DNA of 64,000 nt, from the IMG/VR virus record IMGVR_UViG_3300043726_000004, positions 1-64,000 of that record. The stretch is one strand, 5' to 3'. The first letter of the stretch is position 1. Every line of letters starts with the position of its first letter. The position numbers and the translations under genes were made by a program. The notes under the pieces are model-generated. The model did not search any database. It worked only from the letters and a program-made list of their open reading frames with translations, and was not told the origin of the DNA. This document shows positions 49,531 through 59,454 of the stretch, one piece after another. The DNA is from a virus (Duplodnaviria; Caudoviricetes).

Positions 49531-52500
49531 ATGCCGTTTCCTGGAAGTACAGGCCTACTTGGCACACCATTCAGCCAACCAGGGAGAGTACTCCTTGGTA
49601 CGCCGTTTGTTCCTGCCATTAGGACCTTCCAGCTAACGGTTACCACAAGTACGGTCACCAGTGCAGCAGCCCGTAAACAGGTAAATCTACCCCGTGCCGT
49701 CGCTCAGGCTCAGTTCCTTGTCGGTGTCCGCAGTATAGGTACTCTCCGCTCTGTGTCACAAACGCAGACCCTGATACTGGCCAAACAAGTACGACCCATC
49801 AGAACCGTCCCACAGACACAAGCTCTGGCACTGCCTAAGGGCGTCAGCCTGGCACGTGCAGTAACTCAAAGTCAGTCTGCCACTGGTTCCCGAGTCGCAT
49901 CGTTCTTCCGAACGGTTACATCAACCCAGTCACAAGCGCTAGCACTCCAACGTGCTGTCAACCTAATCAGGACAATTGCCGAGCCGCAGAGCAATGCCAT
50001 CCTTCGCACTGCCAGCTTCCTTCGCACCGTAACAACGACACAGGCTCAGGTAGTAACCAACCCGAAGCAAGTACGACTGACCAGAGTTCTCACCGAAGGT
50101 CAATCCCTAGTTGTTATCCGTGCAACGTCCCTCTTCCGGAGTGTAACGCAGGGCCAAGCAATTTCCGGCAACAAGTCGGCAATCGAGATCCGTGGTGTTA
50201 CACAAGGCCAAAGCGTCAGTCTAGGCAAGAAACCATTTCTGGTCGGAGCCGTAACACAAGGACAGACTTTGTCCGTCGGTCTTATCAGGGCGTACTTGCG
50301 GACGGTGACAGCCAGCCAGGGATCTGCAGTTGCCGCCGCGAAGCAGATTTACGCCCTACGACTAGCGGCTCAAACCCAGACGGCAACGTTGTCCCGCGCT
50401 GCGACCCTTTTACGTACCGTAGCAGCCACGCAGGCTCAAACGGCGAGCCTCCGCAAGGTAGTGTCTCTACCTCGTACCATTAGTCAGGCTCAGAGTGCTG
50501 TAGTAACCCGACAACTTGCACTCCTGAGAACGGTCTCGGCTTCAATTACCGAGAACGTGGTCCTGAATCGTGCTGCTACGTTCCCCAAGGTAGGCGTAAT
50601 CGCCCAAGCATCCACCCTAACCTTGGTTAGGTCGATATCCCTTTCGCGCTCCCTCAGCGAAGTTACCCAGGCTTCTCTAATTCGAGGGATCAGCCTGACT
50701 CGCGGACTTTTACAACCACAAAACGCCACGATCGCGGCACCGCGCTCTCTCGTAAGGCTGGTGACAGCCGCGCAGGGGTCCGCCGTAACGGTCGCACTTC
50801 GCCAGTCGTTGTTCCGATCAGTCATAGCCACTCAAACAATGGCGCTGACTATCGGTCAGAACGTCGCACTCCGAAGGACAGTAACCGAAGCGACTTCAAT
50901 TGCCTTCGCTGCCGGTCGTCAGCTATACCGCACCGTCACTCTGACACAGGGTCAAGCAGTCGCCATGACGCGTATGGCGGCTCAGTCGATCATCCTGTCG
51001 ACGACTCAGACCCAGACAGTAGTCCTACGGAAGGCTATCTCGGTTGCTAGGACGGTTCCCGAGACTCTCGCCGCCGGTGGAACGATTCAGGCGCGGCTCG
51101 CGAGAAGCATTACACAAGGCCAGAGTGCGGCATTCTCGTTCACTCGAGTCTTCGCACGTGCAGTAACAGTCGTTCAAGGACAGGGGGTAGCGCTAAACCG
51201 TGCAGCATCACTAACTCGGACGGTTACCCAGTCTCTGTCCCTGACACGAACTCTGGCAGTTTCAGTCACCAGAACGGTTGCACAGGCACAAACGTTCAGT
51301 GGGGCAGCCTCACGTGTCCTCATTCGGATTGTCACGGCAACACAGCCGCAATCCACCACGATCCGCCAGGCAACAACACTCACCCGCAACCTGTTCCAAC
51401 CTCAGTCCGTTACGAGTCAACAACAAGTCCGGCTCACGCGTGTAATCGCACAGGCTCAACTTGCTGCCGGAATTGCACAGCGTGCGTACCTCAGAGTCCT
51501 GACGACCATAGGTCAAGGACAAGCGGCCGCTCTCCAGAAGGGTATTACACTCAGCCGGTCCGTAACACAATCTCAATCTGCTACCGTACGACAACCGTTC
51601 CGTGCACTTAGCGGCACTGCGACCGTAGTAACGCAAGCAACGGTTCTCGCACCGAGAACAATGTCCCGTATAGTCACGACGTCTACGGCGACCGTAGCGA
51701 CGTTAGGGACCAGACTAGGACTGCTACGCACTCTTGTTGCGACACAGACCCAGAATGTTGTAGTCGGCCAAGCAGCGAGACTAACGCGCGCAACCACCGA
51801 AGTCACTAAGGGCACACTCGGTGTAGGTCGCGTACTCTTCCGCATAGTAACTGCTACGCAGGGCCAGAGTCTCACGTTGACCTTCACGCGCTCGCTCTTG
51901 CGTACGGTTACCACGAATCAGAACCAACTGCTCCGTCTGTCCAAGGCCATCAGCGTCAACGTCAGCACTACGGAGCAGATGTACCTGTTCATTCAGCGAA
52001 CGACGCAGCTCCGACGTTCCGTAATTCAACCGTACAGTATCAGTCTCAACGTTGCTCGTACAGTACGTGTTTCGGCAACTGCGACAGTGTCCCAGGTCGC
52101 TTCACTGACGCTGCCGCTTCGCAGTATCAGTGTCAGAGCCACTCAGGCAACATCGGCGACCGGTGCGGCCGCCCGAAGGACACTGCGGACCGTTACGACG
52201 ACTCAAAGTCAAGCGGTCTCATACGTAACGCACAGGATCGTTCCCGTCTACGGCAGAGCCACGATCGCGGTCAGCATAACACTAGGGCGTCAGATCACAC
52301 TAACACGCGCCATCGTTCAGCTGCTCCAAGCACGCCTCAACCGTGCATCAACGATGCTCCTGACGCTGCAGGTTCCACCGCAGATCCTTCATATCGGTCG
52401 ACGCACTACGGTAACGGTTTCTGCAATCCAACCTACTCTACTAGGACTTCTGAGAGGGCTTCGCCTCAGGCTGGCAGTCACACAGCCCGTCAAGGCGACG

Positions 52501-52785
52501 GTGGACGCGGAACGGATTTACAGGAACTTCTACATCACGGTCGGCGTCCAACAACGGACTTATGCCAGCGTCGAAACGTACATTCCCACTACGATCACGG
52601 TTGTATGGGACTCAAACCTTGGCACGTTCCGCTCGGTCGGTCCTTATACCCCGGTATTCTGGGCAAATGGCCAGTTCACAGACGACATGATCGCAGTCGA
52701 CACACCATCGGTCGAGTGGGATACACAGCGGGAACAGTTTCAACCCATCGTCAATGCACAAACGACGTCGCAGGACCAAAACTAA
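49531..52785 (+). CDS. large basic T/Q/R/V/S/A repeat protein, probable virion fibre
   Basis: 1084-aa ORF of tandem 18-20 aa units R(T/S)VTQxQ...L.R; follows the tail fibre gene. Confidence 0.7.
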   Translation: MPFPGSTGLLGTPFSQPGRVLLGTPFVPAIRTFQLTVTTSTVTSAAARKQVNLPRAVAQAQFLVGVRSIGTLRSVSQTQTLILAKQVRPIRTVPQTQALALPKGVSLARAVTQSQSATGSRVASFFRTVTSTQSQALALQRAVNLIRTIAEPQSNAILRTASFLRTVTTTQAQVVTNPKQVRLTRVLTEGQSLVVIRATSLFRSVTQGQAISGNKSAIEIRGVTQGQSVSLGKKPFLVGAVTQGQTLSVGLIRAYLRTVTASQGSAVAAAKQIYALRLAAQTQTATLSRAATLLRTVAATQAQTASLRKVVSLPRTISQAQSAVVTRQLALLRTVSASITENVVLNRAATFPKVGVIAQASTLTLVRSISLSRSLSEVTQASLIRGISLTRGLLQPQNATIAAPRSLVRLVTAAQGSAVTVALRQSLFRSVIATQTMALTIGQNVALRRTVTEATSIAFAAGRQLYRTVTLTQGQAVAMTRMAAQSIILSTTQTQTVVLRKAISVARTVPETLAAGGTIQARLARSITQGQSAAFSFTRVFARAVTVVQGQGVALNRAASLTRTVTQSLSLTRTLAVSVTRTVAQAQTFSGAASRVLIRIVTATQPQSTTIRQATTLTRNLFQPQSVTSQQQVRLTRVIAQAQLAAGIAQRAYLRVLTTIGQGQAAALQKGITLSRSVTQSQSATVRQPFRALSGTATVVTQATVLAPRTMSRIVTTSTATVATLGTRLGLLRTLVATQTQNVVVGQAARLTRATTEVTKGTLGVGRVLFRIVTATQGQSLTLTFTRSLLRTVTTNQNQLLRLSKAISVNVSTTEQMYLFIQRTTQLRRSVIQPYSISLNVARTVRVSATATVSQVASLTLPLRSISVRATQATSATGAAARRTLRTVTTTQSQAVSYVTHRIVPVYGRATIAVSITLGRQITLTRAIVQLLQARLNRASTMLLTLQVPPQILHIGRRTTVTVSAIQPTLLGLLRGLRLRLAVTQPVKATVDAERIYRNFYITVGVQQRTYASVETYIPTTITVVWDSNLGTFRSVGPYTPVFWANGQFTDDMIAVDTPSVEWDTQREQFQPIVNAQTTSQDQN

Positions 52786-52855
52786 ATCTGCACTTGAGTT
52801 GACCCTGGCAACTATGATAAAATAGATATAGAACCACACGAAGGGGCCCAAGCCG

Positions 52856-53509
52856 ATGACTAATTCCTTTTCGAACCCAAGTCCTCAACAACTGGCGATG
52901 AGCGATACGACGGTAGTCAACGTAACAATCAAGACCCAGCGGGACGCAGTGTATCAGGCAGTGCAGGCCCTACTCAAGGCACTGCCTATCAACATGTCGG
53001 CAGAATCACAACGGGAGACCCCTAGGCGGTTTACCGACTACCTGTTGGAATTCTGCAACCCTACGGACCCCATGGCGATCTTGAAGGAAGGGTTTGAGAC
53101 GGGTGGTGGTGAAGGAGGAATGGTCATCCAGCAGAACATACCGCTTAGGGGGCTGTGTGAACATCACCTGGCACCCTTCTTCGGATATGCGCACATTGCT
53201 TACTTGCCTCGTGCGCGACAGGTCGGTCTCAGTAAGATGGCTAGGTTGGTTGACGCTATCGGTACTTGTGCGCCATCGATGCAAGAGCACATGTCCGATC
53301 ACATCGCCGACATCCTCAATCGTGGTCTTGAACCTAACGGTGTTATGGTAGTTACTGAGGCGATTCACACATGTATGTCAGTCCGTGGAGTTCACGCGCC
53401 AGGTGTGATTACGACCGCTAGCGCGTTGCGTGGCATCTTTCTCACGAACCCGGCTGCTAAGTCAGAAGCGCTGGCGCTCATGTCGTCTCGACGGATACCG
53501 ACCATCTAA
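52856..53509 (+). CDS. folE: GTP cyclohydrolase I
   Basis: ETPRR, LCEHHL.PF.G, GLSK..R, QE, H.CM..RG; promoter at about 52794-52823. Confidence 0.95.
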   Translation: MTNSFSNPSPQQLAMSDTTVVNVTIKTQRDAVYQAVQALLKALPINMSAESQRETPRRFTDYLLEFCNPTDPMAILKEGFETGGGEGGMVIQQNIPLRGLCEHHLAPFFGYAHIAYLPRARQVGLSKMARLVDAIGTCAPSMQEHMSDHIADILNRGLEPNGVMVVTEAIHTCMSVRGVHAPGVITTASALRGIFLTNPAAKSEALALMSSRRIPTI

Positions 53510-53757
53510 TGTCGGCGATGCAGGTCAACGGTACGGAATGGGTACCTGTGGAATGTCCGGTCTGCAAGGGCGTATTCATTCTGCTGCGTCGCGGAACCAA
53601 CCTGAAACAGGTCGAATCACGAAACCTTAGGCACAAGGACGGGACAAGCGTGCAAAGAAACGAGGTACGCCGATGTGATACATGTGGCGTTACAGGACTT
53701 CCAACGTCAGGCATTATTCTGCTCATCATCGGTACAGCACAGAGGGCGGTTGCGTAG

Positions 53758-54384
53758 GTGCCAATTGTCATCTTCGCGGGCATTGACGGTGTAGGTAAGA
53801 CTCCTCTGATCGACCTTCTCCAAGAACGAAACAAGCCTCTCGTACGGACGCATGTAGTGGTCAGAGACCCTAGTATTGCTAAGACTGCACCAGGAAGTAC
53901 TTTACTGGCGGCGGCTGAGCAAATCCGACAGTGGGGAAGGATGTCGCAATCCAACTTCCTTCACCTGTATGACAGGTTTCCGTACCCCGACGAGTTCGTG
54001 TACGGACCACTGTTCGGCGGAAGCGCCATACGAGAGCTGGACCTCGACGTGTGGGATAGTATAGTTGAGTCTCACGGTATCAAGTTCGTGTACGTACAGC
54101 CGGAAGGTTGGTCCGCCGGAAAGGGTGGCAACCTTGAGAAGTACTGTACACGGATGGCTGCAGACCTCGACCCGCATGTGAGCGTTCACAACGGTAACGT
54201 GGCGCAAGGCATTCTCGAACGGTATGACTACATACGCGAGAGGTCTTCAGTGCCATGGTTGTTACTGAACTACAAGTGGTTCACGAACAGCGACGCGTCC
54301 AAGGTCCTCAAGTGGATCTGGCAGCCGCGCCACCGGGATGTGGGTGTCCTTTCCACCAACAAGGGGGTGTTGTCCGAATGTTAG
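53758..54384 (+). CDS. deoxynucleoside monophosphate kinase-like protein
   Basis: IFAGIDGVGKT P-loop and YDRF....VYG. Confidence 0.75.
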   Translation: MPIVIFAGIDGVGKTPLIDLLQERNKPLVRTHVVVRDPSIAKTAPGSTLLAAAEQIRQWGRMSQSNFLHLYDRFPYPDEFVYGPLFGGSAIRELDLDVWDSIVESHGIKFVYVQPEGWSAGKGGNLEKYCTRMAADLDPHVSVHNGNVAQGILERYDYIRERSSVPWLLLNYKWFTNSDASKVLKWIWQPRHRDVGVLSTNKGVLSEC

Positions 54385-55241
54385 ATGCAGGTCCCGATGG
54401 AAGGCCTGAGAACTGGATTTACACGCGTATCAAGCACCAGTTCAGTGCGGTTGCGCCGATAGGTCTTATGGAAGACATGAACGACTTCGGCCTGATGGGC
54501 ACGTATCACTTGCTCATTGCCGATAAGGTCCTAGGCGATCAGCGTCGTTGGCACGAACTGTTTGCCGAACGACGCCAACAAGGCCTTCATGACTACATCA
54601 TGATGGACAACAGTCTGATCGAGTTAGGACATCCTTTACCCGCACCGGACTTGGTGAGGGCTGTAGAGATCGTTCGTGCGAACACGTTAGTACTGCCAGA
54701 TAGCTACGGCAACGCGCCGGAAACTTTGGAACGATCGGTCAACGGCGCCTACGAAATGTGGGACATCCTACCGGATTACTGTTCGTTCCAGCTCGTAGTG
54801 CAAGGCCAAACACTGGAGGAGGCACTACGCCTGGTCGAAGAGATGAAGCTGTGGTCGCCGGAAGGAGCCGACGGCCAGTCAGTATTCGATCGCATTACCC
54901 ACCTGTCAGTACCACGCGTCTTCTGCGACACAACCGGAAGCCGTAAACCGCTGATCAAGGAACTGTATCGCAGATACGGGCTGCCGATACACCTTCTAGG
55001 GTTCAGCGAGAACGTTGTCGACGACATTGAATCCGCGAAGATGTTAGGTGTGACAGGTCTGGACAGTGCAATGCCTTTGTGGGCAGGAATGCTACAGCTG
55101 GATCTGAACCACGAACCTCACAACCCTGTTGTCGGCAGGAGACGACCACGCGACTACTGGATGTGGGGCAAAGGTGACTGGTCGCCAGAGATGACGATCA
55201 ACTTGTTCCGAGTCAACCAGTGGCTCGGTAATAACCTGTAA
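54378..55241 (+). CDS. TGT/DpdA-like TIM-barrel base-exchange enzyme
   Basis: MMDNS..ELG, LPD, VVQG, IHLLG and GLDSA motifs in TGT order; located between folE/kinase and the polymerase. Confidence 0.72.
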   Translation: MLDAGPDGRPENWIYTRIKHQFSAVAPIGLMEDMNDFGLMGTYHLLIADKVLGDQRRWHELFAERRQQGLHDYIMMDNSLIELGHPLPAPDLVRAVEIVRANTLVLPDSYGNAPETLERSVNGAYEMWDILPDYCSFQLVVQGQTLEEALRLVEEMKLWSPEGADGQSVFDRITHLSVPRVFCDTTGSRKPLIKELYRRYGLPIHLLGFSENVVDDIESAKMLGVTGLDSAMPLWAGMLQLDLNHEPHNPVVGRRRPRDYWMWGKGDWSPEMTINLFRVNQWLGNNL

Positions 55242-55249
55242 CTGGAATC

Positions 55250-57784
55250 ATGACTCAAACAGCCCTGGCCCAGGCTGCAGCCAAGGAGTATGGCGTCGTA
55301 CATCCTCCCGTTCGATGCCCTACATGCCCATACGGTGGTGCGAGAGTTGGTGCCGTTGGCCCCAAAGACGCGGACCTGTGCATCGTCGGTGAAGCCCCAG
55401 GTGCGCAGGAGTTAGCTAATGGCGTTCCTTTCATTGGACCCAGTGGTCGACTACTCAAAACTTGCCTCCGTCGAGCCGGACTTGAAGCTGATTATCCGGT
55501 TTTCATCACCAACAGTCTTTCATGTAGACCTACTGCTAAGCCTACCGAGCGCGGCTTCAAAACTGCGCTCGGTTGTTGCCGTAGTAGAGTACTGGATGAG
55601 GTTTTCGGAATTCGACGCAAGGTGGTACTGGCTACAGGAGCCAGTGCTCTCAAAACACTCACTGGTGATCTCAACGCGACCATTACCAGTGCCCGCGGTA
55701 GGGCTATTGTTCGTGATGACGGTACGATCGTCGTCCCTACTCTCCACACTGCTGCTATTCTGCGCAAGCCTCAAGAGTTCCGAAAGCTCACTGCGGACTT
55801 CGGATACGCTGTCCACCTCCTACGTGGAGGAAGCCTCAAGTCAGCTGGAGAAACTGTCCACAGCGTCCTTCTGTCCGAAGACCAGGTTCGACGATTCGCC
55901 CAACTTGTTCACTCTCTCCCACCACACCCCTACACAGGACGGATCACCTTAGTCGCTGACATTGAGACGAGCGGCTACTCCCCTCGGTATGACGACATCC
56001 TGTGTATCGGAATAGGATGGAAGAAGAACCGCATTATGGTAGTACCAGGCACGTTGTGGGCGTGTCTGAAGGAAGCCCTAGAGGACCTAGACATCTGTTG
56101 GGTGTGGCAGAACGGCAAGTTTGACTCGTCGTTCTTTCAGGAACGTGGTGTGTACTCCCGAGTAGACGAAGACACCATGCTCATGCACTACGCACTGGAC
56201 GAGACGCGTGGTACTCACGACCTGGAACAGCTAGCGTCCGACAACTTGGGTATGCCGAACTACAAACTGGAAATGCGGCATAGGTACCTGAAGAAGAAGT
56301 CCGACTCGTTTGCATTAGTTCCCGCCAACGCACTGTACCGCTACAATGCCGTTGACGTCGATGCGACGTTGCAGGTCTTCGACATTCTGGCCGCTCGACT
56401 GCAGAAGGACCCCACCCTCGAACGTCTGTACCGCCAAACACTGCTACCGGCGAGCGCCTTTCTCCAGAGAGTCGAAAGACGAGGCTTCTACGTCGACCAA
56501 ACGACTCTGAACCGACTGGACGAAGAGCTAGGCAGTCAGCTAGGTACTGCCAGAAGCGGACTCCAGAAGTTCGTGGGCGACACAGGCATTTGGGATCCTG
56601 CTGCATATGTACGTTCCACAGGCCACAAAAAGGAACCGACCTTCTTCAATCCAGGCAGTCCCGAACAAGTAACCTGGATTCTGTACAACCGTCTTCGACT
56701 GAAGTCAGCCAAGAACCTCCCTCAGGACAGCCGTGCAGAAACTCTCAAGAGCCTACCGCAGGTTCCGTTTGTTACGGAACTGCTCAAGTTCCGTGGCGTC
56801 GAGAAGCAGTACGACACCTACATCAAGGGTACCCGACGAGCTATACAGCCCGACGGCCGTGTACATTCCACTTACCTTATCCACGGGACAGTCACAGGAC
56901 GTCTTTCTTCTCGCAACCCAAACATGCAGAACATCCCGCGGGAAGGAAGCATCAAGCTGGTATTTGCAGCACCTCCTGTCGGAAGTGATGGTCGTCCGAG
57001 AATCCTTATCGAGGTCGACTACAATCAGGCTGAATTGCGGGTGCTTGCTGCATTTAGTCGAGATCCCTTCCTCGTTCAGTGTTACGTAGAAGGCCGGAAA
57101 CTCCACGACGAAATGGCGCGGTACCTATACGGATACCCGTACACGAAGTTCCAGTATATCCGCACTAAGGCTGTGAACTTCGGCATTCCGTATGGACGTA
57201 CAGCACCAAGCATCGCACTGGAGCACAATATCCCGATACCAGAAGCCCAGCGCATGATTGATGACTGGTTCAAACGTGCTCCAGGTGCCTACAAGTACAT
57301 CATGTCTTGTAGGCAAGCACCAGTGCAAGGGAAAGCCCTTGTAACGCCTTTCGGTAGAAAACGTCGCTTCGGCCTCGTGACTCCCGAAACACTCCACGAT
57401 CTGCAGAACGAAGCATCCAACTTCCCGATCAGTTCGACGGCGTCAGACTGCACGCTGCACTCGGGGATGAGAACTGACCGCAAGCTGGAAGCAATGGATT
57501 GCAAGGTCGTAAACCTCGTCCACGACTCGATCATCATTGAGGCACCGTACGATCGGTCGGTAGTCGAGGACGCAATCGGTTACATGTCCGAGACGATGAC
57601 CCAGGTCCCCAGGGAGTTCATCGGCGGACTCGTACCGTTTGCAGCTGACGCCAAGGTCGGCTTCGCATGGGGCGCGATGCATCCTTGGGACGATCCTAGC
57701 GACGAGGACAACTTGAACCACGAACTCCCACCACTCGAGCTATACCATGTCCCGCAGGAGAAGGAATTAGCCTGGGTGGCGTAG
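55250..57784 (+). CDS. polA: family A DNA polymerase with N-terminal uracil-DNA-glycosylase-like domain and 3'-5' exonuclease
   Basis: VGEAPG..E....PFIGPSG (UDG family 4), DIETSG, YNAVD, TGRLSS.NPNMQNIP, DYNQAELR, K..NFG..YG, VHDS. Confidence 0.95.
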   Translation: MTQTALAQAAAKEYGVVHPPVRCPTCPYGGARVGAVGPKDADLCIVGEAPGAQELANGVPFIGPSGRLLKTCLRRAGLEADYPVFITNSLSCRPTAKPTERGFKTALGCCRSRVLDEVFGIRRKVVLATGASALKTLTGDLNATITSARGRAIVRDDGTIVVPTLHTAAILRKPQEFRKLTADFGYAVHLLRGGSLKSAGETVHSVLLSEDQVRRFAQLVHSLPPHPYTGRITLVADIETSGYSPRYDDILCIGIGWKKNRIMVVPGTLWACLKEALEDLDICWVWQNGKFDSSFFQERGVYSRVDEDTMLMHYALDETRGTHDLEQLASDNLGMPNYKLEMRHRYLKKKSDSFALVPANALYRYNAVDVDATLQVFDILAARLQKDPTLERLYRQTLLPASAFLQRVERRGFYVDQTTLNRLDEELGSQLGTARSGLQKFVGDTGIWDPAAYVRSTGHKKEPTFFNPGSPEQVTWILYNRLRLKSAKNLPQDSRAETLKSLPQVPFVTELLKFRGVEKQYDTYIKGTRRAIQPDGRVHSTYLIHGTVTGRLSSRNPNMQNIPREGSIKLVFAAPPVGSDGRPRILIEVDYNQAELRVLAAFSRDPFLVQCYVEGRKLHDEMARYLYGYPYTKFQYIRTKAVNFGIPYGRTAPSIALEHNIPIPEAQRMIDDWFKRAPGAYKYIMSCRQAPVQGKALVTPFGRKRRFGLVTPETLHDLQNEASNFPISSTASDCTLHSGMRTDRKLEAMDCKVVNLVHDSIIIEAPYDRSVVEDAIGYMSETMTQVPREFIGGLVPFAADAKVGFAWGAMHPWDDPSDEDNLNHELPPLELYHVPQEKELAWVA

Positions 57785-57808
57785 ATGACGAGACCGGGAG
57801 ACTAACTC

Positions 57809-57997
57809 ATGGCAGGCTCAGGCTCACAGTCCACGTTCCAGAAGTTCACAGCACGCGGCGGTTCTCCCCAACAGTTCTACCAGCTGGTTGTGTCCGGAAA
57901 GATTCCGGCCAACAAAGGCTCGAACAAGGGTTCAGTACTGCGCAAAGGAGCTGCCACGTTCGCCAAACGACGTAAGGGCAAGAAGGCGAAGGCCTAG
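57809..57997 (+). CDS. small basic protein
   Basis: GGGAG RBS; K/G-rich. Confidence 0.5.
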   Translation: MAGSGSQSTFQKFTARGGSPQQFYQLVVSGKIPANKGSNKGSVLRKGAATFAKRRKGKKAKA

Positions 57998-58000
57998 TGG

Positions 58001-58894
58001 GTGAACGCAGAACCAGAAGCACAAGAACAACTGCCAGGAACGCCGGAGGAAGCGATCAGACAGGCGTGTCAGACTGCTGATACGGCTGTCGAAGCCTTCT
58101 ACGACCTCCGCCAGCGAATATTCGACCAGTTGTTTCCGAACAACGACGGCAACCTATACAACCACGCAGTGCGTGAGATGGAACTTGCCGGACTTGACAA
58201 AGAGGACGCGGATTATGACGGAGACATCTACAAGCACGTTCTACAACTAATCCGCGTCTTCGTATGCCAAGGCCACTCAGGTGGGAGTGCCCAGCTGACA
58301 TCGGACCTCTTCTGTAAGTTGGCCCGATATGAGACCCTCACGCCAAATGACCACAGCATGAATAAGGACGTCAGTGACCATGTTGATAAGGCCCCAGGGT
58401 CGCTACTCCAAGACGTCCGAGACTCCCGCTGGTTCAGCGAGGACGGAGGTAAAACTTGGTATTCGGTTGACGACGAGGGCCTCAAGGTGGGGACAGCGAA
58501 CTACCGTACCAGTTCAACAGTGAAGGAACGACAACACATGTCCACAGATCCGAACGCCGAACCCGAAGAGGAAGACGAAGACAATGCCGCGGAGGAACCC
58601 GCAGAGCCGGTGGCGGCAACGCCCGAAGGCAGCGCGGGAGCAACTGGACAAAATCCTGAACCCAGTGGAGAAAAGACTCCGCCAGGCCAAGAAGGCTCGA
58701 GAGGCCAGGGAGTTCCAGGACAATCAGGAGCTCCACCCCGAGTCGAACAACCAGTAAGCGGACCTCCTGGTCAGACAGGTACCCACCCACAAGGCGGCCC
58801 TCCAGGGCAGCAGAACCAACCTCAGAACCCGAACCAGCCACAAGTGAACCCGCTTGACGAAGGAGGACAAGCGGCGTCCGAGCAGAAGGAATAG
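58001..58894 (+). CDS. phage hypothetical protein with Q/P/G-rich tail (possible internal start at 58538)
   Basis: ELAG...F..QGHSGGSA...L....LTP core; AAGGA before ATG 58538. Confidence 0.6.
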   Translation: MNAEPEAQEQLPGTPEEAIRQACQTADTAVEAFYDLRQRIFDQLFPNNDGNLYNHAVREMELAGLDKEDADYDGDIYKHVLQLIRVFVCQGHSGGSAQLTSDLFCKLARYETLTPNDHSMNKDVSDHVDKAPGSLLQDVRDSRWFSEDGGKTWYSVDDEGLKVGTANYRTSSTVKERQHMSTDPNAEPEEEDEDNAAEEPAEPVAATPEGSAGATGQNPEPSGEKTPPGQEGSRGQGVPGQSGAPPRVEQPVSGPPGQTGTHPQGGPPGQQNQPQNPNQPQVNPLDEGGQAASEQKE

Positions 58895-58969
58895 GCCCGC
58901 CTCCGCCTACACCTCTTACCACCTGGCAACCTAGGGGGGTACCCCACCACCTCCCTTAGTCAAGGACTT

Positions 58970-59425
58970 ATGACTGAGCAATCGTCAGCCGTGACCGAAC
59001 CTACACGTACGCGTGAGGGCGACCAAGTTCTACCATCCGATGGTCTGCAAGACGTTGGACCTGAAGTCATCAAAGATGTCGACGCTACCGGCCTATACTC
59101 AGAACGGGTGCGCACTGCGGTCATTCTTGACCTTCACAGGCGTATTGAGTTGGGCACTCAGCGTTATGGTCATCCACTGCAGACGTTCAACAACCGTAAC
59201 GCCATTCAAGACCTCTACGAGGAACGCCTCGACGCTGCACACTACTCCAAGCAGGTCATGATGGAGAACCGACTCCTCGGCCTGCAGATGACACCGTACG
59301 ACAGGATGTATCGTGATGCGATCCGTGACATTCTCGAGTTGCGAGAAATCCTGCTTGGCGAACCTCGTGCGATCCCAGGTGCCGAGGCGATGCGCTCTGC
59401 ACTCGCTTCGACCCCGGACAACTAG
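58970..59425 (+). CDS. putative all-alpha dNTP pyrophosphohydrolase
   Basis: R.ELG..RYG.PL.TFN.R....DLYEE.LD...Y motif. Confidence 0.6.
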   Translation: MTEQSSAVTEPTRTREGDQVLPSDGLQDVGPEVIKDVDATGLYSERVRTAVILDLHRRIELGTQRYGHPLQTFNNRNAIQDLYEERLDAAHYSKQVMMENRLLGLQMTPYDRMYRDAIRDILELREILLGEPRAIPGAEAMRSALASTPDN

Positions 59426-59454
59426 GTTACAATAGTAACATAGGCAATGTAACC

